64,000 bases of DNA, taken from assembly GCA_039586365.1 (NCBI GenBank), contig JBDHKN010000016.1:1-64000 (forward strand), read 5' to 3'. The notes beneath the pieces are model-generated. The model made no database searches, was not told the DNA's origin, and saw only the letters and a list, made by a program, of their open reading frames with translations. Below, in pieces: positions 10,301-19,897 of the stretch (its first letter is position 1; each line of letters starts with the position of its first letter). This stretch comes from Gemmatimonadota bacterium. GTDB lineage: Bacteria; Gemmatimonadota; Gemmatimonadetes; Gemmatimonadales; GWC2-71-9. Both the position numbers and the translations under genes were made by a program.

Positions 10301-10474
10301 ATACCGGTGCAGCCAGCGGAGAAGCGTAGACGCCTCTTCACCGAAGTGGAGGCGACGGTCACTGCTGAAGCCGCCGTCCGTGAAGCGAGGCGGTGTCTGA
10401 GATGCGACCTAGAGTTTACCAGCTGCCCGGAGGCCGAAGGTGTGCTCCCGGAGACAAGCAGAGGACATAGATGA
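7304..10474 (+). CDS. NuoF/HydB-like FMN/NADH subunit fused to a GltD-like FAD/NADPH domain
   Basis: GRGGAGFP, NADEGDPGAYM, GAFVCGEET, CGKCFTCR..CGLG; then CQAACP, CARVC, GAGPAG, GGGNSAID, YRR, FAGGD. Confidence 0.92.
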   Translation: MPRLSTIGELEQLRRRIRDRVGQQRPCVTVCAGTACQASGANDVQRVIKRHLIERDLVDQVLLRVTGCHGFCEMGPFVVQEPQDAFYPKITTKDVPAIVDAAVLGETLPDLLYRDPITDVPCQCLDDIRFFAGQQRTLLGRNQRLDPIRLFGYLAEGGYEALARVLERYTPEQIIDEVKRSGLRGRGGAGFPTAEKWDVARRQESGEKYVVCNADEGDPGAYMDRSILEGNPHSVIEGMIIGGLAMGASEGFVFVRHEYPLAIKHLLIALRLAREYGLLGEDILGTGRDFDINIVKSAGAFVCGEETALIRTIEGAVGEPRQRPPFPTESGINGKPTCINNVETWANIPIVIARGGDEFARIGTPTSTGTKVFSVVGKIRNTGLVEVPMGTSIKEIVYDIGGGPLEGSRIKAIQIGGPSGGCIPHWRFDLPIDYDSLKEAGAMMGSGGMIVMDDKTCMVDVAKYFMGFLKDESCGKCFTCRKGTQRLWELLDDITEGRGTLAHLDLLEALGQTVTDSTMCGLGQSAANPVLSTLRYFRGEYERHVIDKRCDAQVCRGLTGAPCQAACPVGTEAWRYAALIARGEYEEAYRAIREPNPFPSVCARVCDHKCEERCRLGASGEDPLALRALKRFITDTVDPRLYQAERYANPVLAGKKVAIVGAGPAGLTTAHHLSLQGVKTTVFEAEDRAGGMLVSGIPGFRLPRDVLNKEIDALIDENVTLSCGTALGRDFTIDSLFASGFDAVFLALGAHRSRRMNIDGEDLTGVYPSIEFLKSWNLRGEVLAKGRVGVIGGGNSAIDAARVAVRQEGVSEVTIFYRRTRHEMPAFAEEIEGALEEGVKLELLTSPVTVHGEDGRMTTVEFIVNELGDVDTSGRRRPVPKAGSEKRVPLDTLVVAIGEQSVDDGADVTEGIHVKNGAVVVDKRTLETGRPGVFAGGDFATGPNTVIDAIAAGRRAAAVIERYLQGESLVAPVEPLLPTAYVEPVASSGAADDRIGRVEIPVQPAEKRRRLFTEVEATVTAEAAVREARRCLRCDLEFTSCPEAEGVLPETSRGHR

Positions 10475-11148
10475 TCACACTCAATATCAACGGGATTACC
10501 GTGGAAGTGGAGAAGGGCACGACGCTGCTCGAAGCCGCTCAATTCCTGGGGTTTCCCATCCCGACTCTGTGCCACATGGAGGGACTGTCTCCTTACGGTG
10601 CGTGTAGGCTCTGCGTGGTGGAGATCGGTGCAGGGGCCAGATCTAGGTTGGTCAGTTCCTGTACCTACCGGGCCGAGGAGGGGTTGAAGGTCCGGACCGC
10701 ATCGTCGCGCGTGGTCAAGACGAGGAAGATGATTCTCGAACTGCTGGTAGCGTCCTGTCCTCAGTCCAAGACCATTCAGGACCTCGCTGCCGCGCACGAC
10801 ATACGGCAGCAGCGTTTCCGTCAGGAGTATGAGGACTGCATTCTGTGCGGCCGTTGCGTGCGAATGTGCGAAGAACAGATGATGGCCAAGGCTATCGGCT
10901 TTCGCGGCAGGGGTGAGAGCCGGAGTATTGGCACTCCGTTCGATATCAAATCCGACGTCTGCCGTCTGTGCGGTGCCTGTATCTACGTGTGCCCCGCCTG
11001 CGAGCTGAGGTGCACCTACACCGAACCCGAGAAGGCAGTCTGCGGTGGCTGTGCCAACATCAGCCCGCCATGCGTCGAAGTGGATGAATTCGACGACATG
11101 ATGTGCTATATGAATCCCTGCGTCGCTTGCGAAGTCGTGCGGCGCTAA
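10471..11148 (+). CDS. NuoG/HydA N-terminal-like Fe-S protein without a catalytic domain
   Basis: IPTLC..GACRLC..SSC [2Fe-2S]; CILCGRCVRMC and CRLCGACIYVCP; Cys-rich tail. Confidence 0.88.
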   Translation: MITLNINGITVEVEKGTTLLEAAQFLGFPIPTLCHMEGLSPYGACRLCVVEIGAGARSRLVSSCTYRAEEGLKVRTASSRVVKTRKMILELLVASCPQSKTIQDLAAAHDIRQQRFRQEYEDCILCGRCVRMCEEQMMAKAIGFRGRGESRSIGTPFDIKSDVCRLCGACIYVCPACELRCTYTEPEKAVCGGCANISPPCVEVDEFDDMMCYMNPCVACEVVRR

Positions 11149-11176
11149 AGGTGAGTTTAGGCCCAAGGAGAGAGCG

Positions 11177-12760
11177 ATGACGCTGTCCAGAGTGAATACA
11201 TCAGCAGCGACCCTGACCAAGAACCGGACCGAAGGCTCGATCACACCGATCTCCGGCATGTGTGTCACGTGCGTCGATGGCTGCGTTGGCATGTGCGAGA
11301 TCGGGAAATCAGCGTTCCGCGGCCACGAGGTGATCTATCCCCAGCCGTTCGGCGTCATCACAACTGCGGCGGAGAAGGACTATCCCCTCGACTACTCCCA
11401 CATCAACATCATGGGTGGTGTGGTGGGTGCCCAAGGCATCGAGGCCGACAGTGACAAAGCCGTTTTCCCTGCGGTGAACCTCGAGGTAAGGTTCGGTCAC
11501 GATGAGGGACTCAAGTTCAAATACCCCTGGATCATACCGGGAATCGGCTCGACGGACGTGGCGAAAAACAATTGGGAGGGCCTGGCGATCGGTTCGGCGC
11601 TAGCCGGCACGGGTCTCACCATTGGTGAAAACGTCGTCGGGATGGATCCCGAGGCTGTGATAAACAACGGACGCATTGTGGACACGGTCGACCTCAAGCG
11701 GCGCGTCAAGTTGTTTCAGGATCACCAGCGAGACGGATACGGTGCCATCATAGTGCAGACGAACGTCGAGGGCACTCGCCTGGGCGATCACGAATACGCA
11801 ATCGACACGCTCGGCGTCGAGTGCGTCGAGATAAAGTGGGGGCAGGGTGCCAAAAACATCGGTGGTGAGGTCAAGATCAAGGATTTGAAGAAGGCGCAGC
11901 TGTTGTACGAGCGCGGCTACGTCGTTCTGCCCAATCCCACCGAGCCTGCGGTAATCAGCGCCTTCAAGGCCGGAGCCTTCAAGGAGTTCGAACGGCACTC
12001 CCGCGTGGGCATGGTTACAGAAGAGTCGTTCGCCAAACGTGTGGAGTACTTGCGAGGCCTGGGTGCCAAGTATGTCTTCCTCAAGACCGGTGCGTATCGT
12101 CCAGCGGCACTGGCGCAGGCGCTGGGCTATGCATCACGATATGGGATCGACCTGGTGACTGTTGACGGGGCTGGCGGCGGCACGGGAATGAGTCCGTGGC
12201 GGATGATGAACGAGTGGGGTGTCCCACCGGTCGAACTGCACTCCTTGCTCTACCAATACGCGGCTCGCTTGGCGGAGAAGGGCAAGCCGGTCCCGGCGCT
12301 GGCTGTTGCCGGCGGCTTCACATTTGAGGATCAGATCTTCAAGGGGCTGGCCCTCGGTGCGCCATTCGTCAAGTTGGTCGGCATGGCGCGTAGCCCGATT
12401 GCCGCCGCCATGGTTGGAAAGACTATCGGTCGTGCCATCGAGCGGGGAGAGCTTCCGGTCTATGTCGGGAGATTCGGAAACTCCATTGACGAAGTGTTTG
12501 TCACAGCCCACGAGCTGCGAGAGGAACTGGGTGCCGCTGAGTTTAGCAGGGTGCCCACCGGAGCAATCGGGCTCTACACGTATTACGAACGTCTGGGTCA
12601 GGGACTGCGCCAGCTCATGGCTGGGAGCCGCAAGTTCTCACCACAGTATCTGTCCCGCGACGACTTGGCTGCGCTCACACCACACGCCGCGGAAGTCACT
12701 GGACTGCCGTATGTCATGGACGTGGACAAGGGGGTTATTGACGGCATACTGGGTGTCTAG
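11177..12760 (+). CDS. Stand-alone FMN-binding glutamate synthase domain protein
   Basis: EIKWGQGAK..GG, VDGAGGGTG, AGG..KGLALGA motifs; N-terminal CxxCxxxCxxxC. Confidence 0.88.
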   Translation: MTLSRVNTSAATLTKNRTEGSITPISGMCVTCVDGCVGMCEIGKSAFRGHEVIYPQPFGVITTAAEKDYPLDYSHINIMGGVVGAQGIEADSDKAVFPAVNLEVRFGHDEGLKFKYPWIIPGIGSTDVAKNNWEGLAIGSALAGTGLTIGENVVGMDPEAVINNGRIVDTVDLKRRVKLFQDHQRDGYGAIIVQTNVEGTRLGDHEYAIDTLGVECVEIKWGQGAKNIGGEVKIKDLKKAQLLYERGYVVLPNPTEPAVISAFKAGAFKEFERHSRVGMVTEESFAKRVEYLRGLGAKYVFLKTGAYRPAALAQALGYASRYGIDLVTVDGAGGGTGMSPWRMMNEWGVPPVELHSLLYQYAARLAEKGKPVPALAVAGGFTFEDQIFKGLALGAPFVKLVGMARSPIAAAMVGKTIGRAIERGELPVYVGRFGNSIDEVFVTAHELREELGAAEFSRVPTGAIGLYTYYERLGQGLRQLMAGSRKFSPQYLSRDDLAALTPHAAEVTGLPYVMDVDKGVIDGILGV

Positions 12761-13100
12761 TCGGAGGCGTCCCGACAACGGAAAAGGCCGCTTCCATTCC
12801 CATCCGCGATGTGGCAGAACTGGCAAGCTGCCGCAGACTTTCCAGGGGATGGAAGTGGCCGCTTCAACCTGAGATTCCACCGTACATACGCCGCCATGAA
12901 GTATTGCAGCGACAACACGCAGGTGCCTGCGTCCTTCCCAGAAGGTAGATTCGACTAGAGTATGGGACCATGGGGAAGCCATGGGCGGTGCCGTCGTGAT
13001 TGTCCTCGTGAGCTGCCACACTGCCGCCGGTTCGAGGGTATCGACCCACATATTGAAGCTTCCGAGCGTTTTGGTGCGACAGAGGAGGCCAGTTGGGATC

Positions 13101-16100
13101 ATGAGCGCTGAGGTGAAAGATGATGCGAGACTTGCCCTGATGGAGCGGGTTCTCGCTAGAATCGCCAAGTTCGAGGGTCCGGAACAAGCGACGCTGAAGT
13201 CGTTTACACAGGAGATGCTTGGCAAGGCCCCGGAGGATTTCTATCTGGGCCGGGAGGAGGCCGAATTGACCGAGGCTGTGACCTCGGTCTTCGGCCTGCT
13301 TGAGGAGACGGCACCTGGCAAAATGACCGTGCGCGTCCGGCAACGGCAGCGAGGTCAACACAAGGGTGCTGTTGAAGTCGTTGTCGGTGACCGTCCGTTT
13401 GTGGTAGACACCGTTCGCCAGTGCCTGATAGATAAGGGATACGAAATACGGCATGAGCTTCATCCAGTAGTTGTGGTAGATCGCGATGACCGAGGCCGGA
13501 TAACGCAGATACGCGACTGGACGGTTACGCCCGAGCGCACGTCGGTAGTCTACACCGAATTCGAGGGCCCTCTCGACGCGGACCTCGCCCACCTTCTCGA
13601 AGACGATGTTCGCGCATCCGTTGAGGACCTCTGTCTTGCGACCGACGACTTCCACGCGATGCTTGTGAAGACGGACGAAGTGGCTGACATGCTCTGTGGC
13701 TATGGCGAGCGATTGGAGGGGCACAAGTCAGAGATCGACGAGATCGTTGCGTTTCTCAACTGGCTCAAAGGTGGCAGTTTCGTCTACCTCGGTTACCGCG
13801 AATACGACATCCATCTCGATGATGGGGGGCGGAAGGTGGCGAAAGTCGTGCGCGGTTCGGGGCTCGGAATCCTCCGGCGTGAGTTGGACTCCTCAGTCTG
13901 GGAAGCATCTCCGATAGATGAGTTTCCAGCCGATGTCCGCGCACGAGCGCTACACGGCCCGCTGCTTCTCGTGTCGAAGGCCAACTCGGAGTCGCGGGTG
14001 CATCGACGGGCCCGCATGGACTACATCGGTGTCAAGAAATTGGACGGTGCAGGTGAAGTCGTCGGTGAACGCCGGTTTCTGGGTCTGTTCACTTGGCAAG
14101 CCTACCAAGAGAGCCGAGGAGTGATTCCGATCCTCAGACGCAAGCTTGACCTGTTGTTGGGGGCGGCAAATGTGCCGGAGGGCTCGCATGACCACAAGAC
14201 CATAATCGCTCTGTTCAACGAAATGCCGTTGGAGGAACTGTTCCTCGTGGGTGTGGAGGATCTGCGGCGACAGATATCGGCCATGATGGCGACTGAGAAT
14301 ACCGGTGACGTGCGGCTGGTGCTAGCTCCCGACACTTCGGGACGTGGTGTCAACGTGATGGTCATTGTTCCCAGGCCGAACTACTCCGATGAAGTTCGCG
14401 GTCGGCTGCGCTCGGAGATCACGCAAGCATTCGGCGGCGCTGTTCTGAACGACTATCTGTCCCTTGGCGCTGGCGATACGGCGCGCCTGCACTTTTACAT
14501 CTCGGCAACGTCGGAACGTGTTGAGCGAATTGATGTGCAGGCTTTGAACAAGCAAGTGAGTTCCATCGTACGGACGTGGAAGCAGCGCCTGCGAGATCTC
14601 CTGGAAGAGAAGTACGACGCCGGGCAGGTCCGCCGGCTGGAGGACCGCTATTTCGACGCCTTCGAGCCGGGCTACGTGGCGACCGTGGACGTAGATGCAG
14701 CGCTCGACGATATCGGACGGCTGGAAACCCTGCGCGAGACGGGCGTTATGCAGGTGTCCCTTGACGATCACGAAGAAGGTGACCTGAGTGGGAGCCGCCT
14801 GCGACTCTTCGTGGCACACGGCTCGCTGATTCTCGCCGACATCATGCCGGTGTTGGAGAATCTGGGACTTCGTGTCATCGAGGCGGACGCACTGGACGTG
14901 AGTACGGCGACGATTCACCGGTTCGTGGTGCAGGGCCCTGGACGTGAGCGTCTCGACCGTGATGAGGTGGGCCAGCGTCTCACCGACATACTGCGCACCG
15001 TATCGCTTGGGCTGACGGACAACGATCAGTTCAATGTGTTGGTCGTGACCGCCGGGATGGCTTGGCAAGAGATCTCGGTGCTGCGGGCGTTGTCGGCATA
15101 TGCCTTCCAAATCGGTGCAGTTCCCAGCCGCCGGGCTGCTCCCGACGCCCTCCTCAAGTATCCCGATGTGGCGCGGCTTCTCTTCGGCGTATTCCGAGCG
15201 AAGTTCGATCCGGAACTCGCCAAAGATCGCAGGAATCTTCTCGAAGCGGCGGAACTGGCATTCCGCGATTCGCTTCAAGGGGTGCGCGGCATCGGAGACG
15301 ATGGCGCTCTCCGTCGGCTTCACAACCTAGTCGAAGCCGTCGTCCGAACCAGCTACTTCAAGAACCAGAAGCACCAACTACCGGTGCCACGCACTACGTT
15401 CAAGTTCGATTGCTCCGTGATCGAGCAAATGCCCCGTCCACGGCCGGCCCGGGAGATGTTCGTTCATGGACCGCGGACCGCCGCGCTCCATCTGCGGTTC
15501 GGGCCGGTCGCGAGGGGTGGCCTGCGCTGGAGCGAGCGGCCGGACGATTTCCGCACCGAAGTGCTTGGGTTGGTGAAGACGCAGCAGGTGAAGAACGCGG
15601 TTATCGTGCCCAACGGAGCCAAGGGTGCGTTCTATGTCCGCAAGCCTCCTGCCCAGGGAGGTGACGTCCGGCCGCTCGTACGCGAGTGCTACAAGGACTT
15701 CATCAGCGGCATGCTGGACGTGGCGGACAACGTCGTGGAGGGTAAAGTCGTGCGGCCTGAAGGGATCGTGGCGTACGACGATGATGACCCCTACTTGGTG
15801 GTGGCCGCCGACAAGGGAACCGCCACATACTCGGATACGGCGAACCAGATCTCAGCTCAATATGGATTTTGGTTGGGAGACGCCTTTGCATCAGGTGGAT
15901 CGTACGGCTACGACCACAAGAAGGAGAGGATAACCGCCCGCGGTGCCTGGGAATGTGTACGCCACCATTTCAGGGAGATGGGCAAAGACATCAACCTAGA
16001 ACCTGTGACCGTTGTGGGGATCGGGGACATGAGCGGTGACGTGTTCGGCAATGGGATGCTGTTGAGCCGAACCATCCGACTCCTCGCTGCCTTCGATCAC

Positions 16101-17924
16101 CGCCACATCTTCATCGATCCCGATCCCGATCCCGGCGCGTCGTATGAGGAACGCCTTCGTCTCTTCGGGCTTGCGGGTTCCAGCTGGGTGGACTATGACG
16201 CCTCCCTCATCAGTAACGGAGGTGGGGTGTTCCCGCGGGACGCAAAGGAGATTCATCTGTCCCGCGAAGTGAGAAGCCTCTTGGGCCTGACTGAGGAGGT
16301 GGTCAACGGACCAGCGCTGATTCGAGCGATCCTGCGAGCACCGGCCGACCTGCTGTGGAACGGTGGGATCGGCACGTACGTGAAGGCGCCAGATGAGAGC
16401 AACGCTGACGTCGCTGACTCGAGTAACGATGCGGTACGCATCGATTCGAACGAGCTGCGCGTGAAGGTTGTGGGAGAGGGAGGTAACCTGGGTCTTACGC
16501 AGCGGGCTAGGATTGCCTTCGCGCTGGAAGGTGGCCGCCTGAACACTGACGCGATCGACAACTCGGGTGGCGTCGACATGTCGGATCGCGAGGTCAACCT
16601 GAAGATACTACTGAGTGCGCCGATAGACCGAGGTGATATGTCGGTGGAGGAGCGGAATGATCTGCTCGCACAGGTGAAAGGTGACGTGGCGGAGTGCGTG
16701 TTGTCCAACAACCGCTCTCAGAGCCGTGCGCTCAGCCTCGAGCAACGGAGGGCTGCGGATCGACTCGGTGACTTTCGCGACGCTTCGTACTATCTCGAAC
16801 GTGAGGTCGGGCTGAAGAGAGCCGAGGAGTACCTACCGGGGTGGGGACGACTGCAGGCGCGCCAGGAGAGCGGGAAGAGCATGACGCGCCCGGAGCTGGC
16901 CGTACTCCTCGCCTATAGCAAGTTGCACCTGAAGCGCGAGATTCTGGCTGCGGAGTTGCCTGACGACCCGATGCTCACGGATCTCTTGTGTAGCTACTTC
17001 CCGAGGCCGGTTGTCGAGCGTCTGGTGGACGGCGACCTTCGGCAGCACCGGTTGCAGCGCGAAATAATAGCTACTGTTCTCACCAACAGCCTGATCGACT
17101 TGATGGGGGTGACGTTCATACCGCGGGTCAAGCGCGACACCGGGGCGTCGGCTGCCACCATTGCGCGCGGCTGGTATGTAGTTGCAGCCATTGCGGGTGC
17201 TGCTGAGTTGCTCGAAGCCATCGAGCGAAGCCGTGAGCGACTGCCGGCAGAAGGGGAATACAGGTGGCTTCTGGTGCTGGAAGGAGTCCTCGATCGCACT
17301 GTGAGGTGGGCGGTCGAGAATCTACCGGAAGAGGTGAAAATCGGCCCCGTGATCGAGGAGTTCAAGGGTCCCGTTGGAGAGCTGTTTCACATGCTGCCCG
17401 ATATGGTCGTCGGGTCCCAGCGGTCCGTGTTCGCGGATGCGCTGCAAGAACTCGAGGGTGCCGGCCTTACTGCCGAGGAGGCGCAGAAGCTGGCGGCGCT
17501 GCAATTCCTCGGACAGCTGATGGAGGTAGCGCGGATCGCCCGCGAGGCCGATCGTCCGGTAGCCGATGTCGGACATGTGTACTGCTCGTTGGCGGAGGAC
17601 GTCGATTTTGCTCACCTTTTGAATCTGCTCGAAATGAAGCCCCTGGACGACAAGTGGGAACAACGCACGGCCCAAGGGCTGCTGCAAGACCTGGCGCAGG
17701 CGCGGCGCGATTTGACGCTGGCCGCGCTGGCCACCGGCGGCAATCGGGTTTCGGTTAGTGAGCAGCTCGCGGCTTTCCGTGAGCGCCACGCGGCGCGTTT
17801 GGCCGCGATGCGAGAGGCTTTCGAAGACTTGGTGGCCACGGAGGACATAAACCTGGCGGCCCTGACTGTTGTGACGCGGGAGACGGTCCGACACTCAGGC
17901 GCGATCTGGCAGTCTTGTGATTGA
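13101..17924 (+). CDS. gdhB: Large NAD-specific glutamate dehydrogenase
   Basis: ARGGLRWS, RTEVLGLVKTQQVKNAVIVP, YLVVAADKGTA, GDMSGDVFGNG, NTDAIDNSGGV; AGAGGAGG upstream of ATG 13101. Confidence 0.95.
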   Translation: MSAEVKDDARLALMERVLARIAKFEGPEQATLKSFTQEMLGKAPEDFYLGREEAELTEAVTSVFGLLEETAPGKMTVRVRQRQRGQHKGAVEVVVGDRPFVVDTVRQCLIDKGYEIRHELHPVVVVDRDDRGRITQIRDWTVTPERTSVVYTEFEGPLDADLAHLLEDDVRASVEDLCLATDDFHAMLVKTDEVADMLCGYGERLEGHKSEIDEIVAFLNWLKGGSFVYLGYREYDIHLDDGGRKVAKVVRGSGLGILRRELDSSVWEASPIDEFPADVRARALHGPLLLVSKANSESRVHRRARMDYIGVKKLDGAGEVVGERRFLGLFTWQAYQESRGVIPILRRKLDLLLGAANVPEGSHDHKTIIALFNEMPLEELFLVGVEDLRRQISAMMATENTGDVRLVLAPDTSGRGVNVMVIVPRPNYSDEVRGRLRSEITQAFGGAVLNDYLSLGAGDTARLHFYISATSERVERIDVQALNKQVSSIVRTWKQRLRDLLEEKYDAGQVRRLEDRYFDAFEPGYVATVDVDAALDDIGRLETLRETGVMQVSLDDHEEGDLSGSRLRLFVAHGSLILADIMPVLENLGLRVIEADALDVSTATIHRFVVQGPGRERLDRDEVGQRLTDILRTVSLGLTDNDQFNVLVVTAGMAWQEISVLRALSAYAFQIGAVPSRRAAPDALLKYPDVARLLFGVFRAKFDPELAKDRRNLLEAAELAFRDSLQGVRGIGDDGALRRLHNLVEAVVRTSYFKNQKHQLPVPRTTFKFDCSVIEQMPRPRPAREMFVHGPRTAALHLRFGPVARGGLRWSERPDDFRTEVLGLVKTQQVKNAVIVPNGAKGAFYVRKPPAQGGDVRPLVRECYKDFISGMLDVADNVVEGKVVRPEGIVAYDDDDPYLVVAADKGTATYSDTANQISAQYGFWLGDAFASGGSYGYDHKKERITARGAWECVRHHFREMGKDINLEPVTVVGIGDMSGDVFGNGMLLSRTIRLLAAFDHRHIFIDPDPDPGASYEERLRLFGLAGSSWVDYDASLISNGGGVFPRDAKEIHLSREVRSLLGLTEEVVNGPALIRAILRAPADLLWNGGIGTYVKAPDESNADVADSSNDAVRIDSNELRVKVVGEGGNLGLTQRARIAFALEGGRLNTDAIDNSGGVDMSDREVNLKILLSAPIDRGDMSVEERNDLLAQVKGDVAECVLSNNRSQSRALSLEQRRAADRLGDFRDASYYLEREVGLKRAEEYLPGWGRLQARQESGKSMTRPELAVLLAYSKLHLKREILAAELPDDPMLTDLLCSYFPRPVVERLVDGDLRQHRLQREIIATVLTNSLIDLMGVTFIPRVKRDTGASAATIARGWYVVAAIAGAAELLEAIERSRERLPAEGEYRWLLVLEGVLDRTVRWAVENLPEEVKIGPVIEEFKGPVGELFHMLPDMVVGSQRSVFADALQELEGAGLTAEEAQKLAALQFLGQLMEVARIAREADRPVADVGHVYCSLAEDVDFAHLLNLLEMKPLDDKWEQRTAQGLLQDLAQARRDLTLAALATGGNRVSVSEQLAAFRERHAARLAAMREAFEDLVATEDINLAALTVVTRETVRHSGAIWQSCD

Positions 17925-18157
17925 CCGCTCGACGTGCCGCATGTCTGCTTGGCAAGGAGCACTTCGCCCGTCGCTACCGCGTACGGAATCGGCAACTTGG
18001 GAGTGGGTTTCCGCGCACCGAGTACCTGCTGGAGGCCTGGGGGTAGCTGGCGCTTTAGGATTCAAGTCGCCAAGGCTGGGTTACGGGAAGGGGTTGGGTT
18101 GGTGGCGTCCGGTGCCACCGGTCGGTCGTGCTGCGGAAGTTCAGATGGCGGTCAACG

Positions 18158-19897
18158 ATGGGTGATCTCGAGCAGCAGTCAGCCGATGGGCCGGACGTGA
18201 AAGCTGATTCGCTGAAGGGGTTTGTCGAATTGTCCCGCCGCGTGATGCGGCTGGCCAACGAGGCGATCCCACGAGCCGAGTTCCTGCAGCAGCTTTCCCA
18301 TCTGCTGCTTGAGTTCTCGGATTGCGATTCTGTGGAGCTGGTGGCGCGGGGACAGGTTGAATATCGCGCGCGTGCGACGGCCAAGCCGCAACGCGAGTTT
18401 GTGTTCAACCCCTCGAGCGGTGATGCTGAGACACGGAAGGTGAAGTTGTCACAGGGAGGGCATTCTCACGTCCTGCGACAGCTTGTACTAGCTGAGCTGG
18501 GAGCGACTGTTGAATGGTCGGCGCCTTGCTTCACGCGGTATGGTAGTTTCTGGACCAGCGATGTCCGAGAAACGATGGAACAGTACCACGAGATGGAGAG
18601 TGGGGAGCAAGCGCCCTATGCCGATGCAGTTTCGATGGCGCTGATCCCCTTCGCGATCGATGAGGCCAACGTTGGTCTATTGCGGTTCGAATGTGCGGAG
18701 CAGGGTCGATTCTCCTATGACAGGATCGAGTCATATGAGGCAGTGGTGGAGACGATTGGGCTGGCCATTGCACAGCGTCGGGCTCAGGCGGCGCTCCGTG
18801 AACGGGTTAAGGAACTGAGTTGCCTCTACGGTATTGCGCGTGTGATTGAGACTGCGGCGGGCAATGTGAGTGCTGCACTTTACCGGATAGTCTCGCTGCT
18901 TCCTCCTGCATGGCAGTATCCAGAAATCGCTGTCTCCCGAATCGTACTCGATGGCACCATGTACGCTACGGCTGATTTCGAAGAAGTAGTTGCACGACAA
19001 TCGGCCGACATTGTTGTCGACAAGGTCCGGCGTGGCACTGTGGAGGTGGGCTATGTCGAAGGGGTGGCGTACTTTCCAGATAATCCCTTCCTCGAAGAGG
19101 AAAGCCAGCTGATTCAGGCCGTCGCGCGGGAGATCGGAGATTTTATGGAGCGGCGTCAAGCCGCGGCCGAGCGCGAGCGATTGGAAGAACAGCTGCATCA
19201 TGCGGACCGGTTGGCCACCGTCGGGCAACTGGTGGCGGGGGTGGCGCACGAGATCAATGAGCCTCTCGGTAGCATCTTGGGATTTGCACAACTGGCACTG
19301 AAAGGTGGCGATGCCGTAGATAATGCTGTACAGGATCTGAACAAGATTGTCGCTTCCTGCCTCCAGGCTCGTGAGATCGTGAACAAGCTGAAGATCTTTG
19401 CCCGGCAAACTCCAATTGATAGACGTTGGGTATCAGTCGCCGACGTCGTGGCGGAGGCCATTTCCTTCGTTCGCGGTCGGTGCGCCAGCCAAGGGATCGA
19501 ATTGATACAGCAGTCGGAGGGTGAGGTATACAACACCGAGGCAGATCCAATTCAGTTGAAGCAGGTCATCGTCAATCTGGCCGTGAACGCCGTCCAGGCG
19601 ATGCCGGATGGCGGAACCCTTACCGTCAGAACTGGTGCCAACCAAGACGGGCTCTTCATTGAGGTGACCGACACCGGGCCTGGCATGACTGAAGACGTCT
19701 TGAAGCAAATCTTTAATCCATTCTTCACCACGAAAGACGTTGGAGAGGGAACAGGGTTGGGACTAAGCGTAGTCCACGGTATCGTGAATGCGCACGGTGG
19801 CGAGATCGATGTCGCTAGTGTCGAAGGGAAAGGCTCCAAGTTCACGGTACACATTCCAATCTCTGGGTCGGCGGAGCTAGATGGGGTGCGCAGATGA
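18158..19897 (+). CDS. Cytoplasmic sensor histidine kinase (GAF-like input, NtrB-like)
   Basis: AHEINEPL H-box, NAVQA, DTGPG, FFTTK, GTGLGL; no TM segment evident. Confidence 0.92.
   Translation: MGDLEQQSADGPDVKADSLKGFVELSRRVMRLANEAIPRAEFLQQLSHLLLEFSDCDSVELVARGQVEYRARATAKPQREFVFNPSSGDAETRKVKLSQGGHSHVLRQLVLAELGATVEWSAPCFTRYGSFWTSDVRETMEQYHEMESGEQAPYADAVSMALIPFAIDEANVGLLRFECAEQGRFSYDRIESYEAVVETIGLAIAQRRAQAALRERVKELSCLYGIARVIETAAGNVSAALYRIVSLLPPAWQYPEIAVSRIVLDGTMYATADFEEVVARQSADIVVDKVRRGTVEVGYVEGVAYFPDNPFLEEESQLIQAVAREIGDFMERRQAAAERERLEEQLHHADRLATVGQLVAGVAHEINEPLGSILGFAQLALKGGDAVDNAVQDLNKIVASCLQAREIVNKLKIFARQTPIDRRWVSVADVVAEAISFVRGRCASQGIELIQQSEGEVYNTEADPIQLKQVIVNLAVNAVQAMPDGGTLTVRTGANQDGLFIEVTDTGPGMTEDVLKQIFNPFFTTKDVGEGTGLGLSVVHGIVNAHGGEIDVASVEGKGSKFTVHIPISGSAELDGVRR

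Noticed and set aside
6382..11148. Respiratory complex I or hydrogenase operon
   Set aside because: No membrane Nuo subunits, H-cluster, NiFe or molybdopterin motifs
12820..12836. Second sigma54 promoter before gdhB (TGGCAAGCTGCCGC)
   Set aside because: GG-to-GC spacing is 9 rather than 10, and there is no TTGC
12981..13100. N-terminal extension of GdhB in the ORF track
   Set aside because: RBS supports ATG 13101
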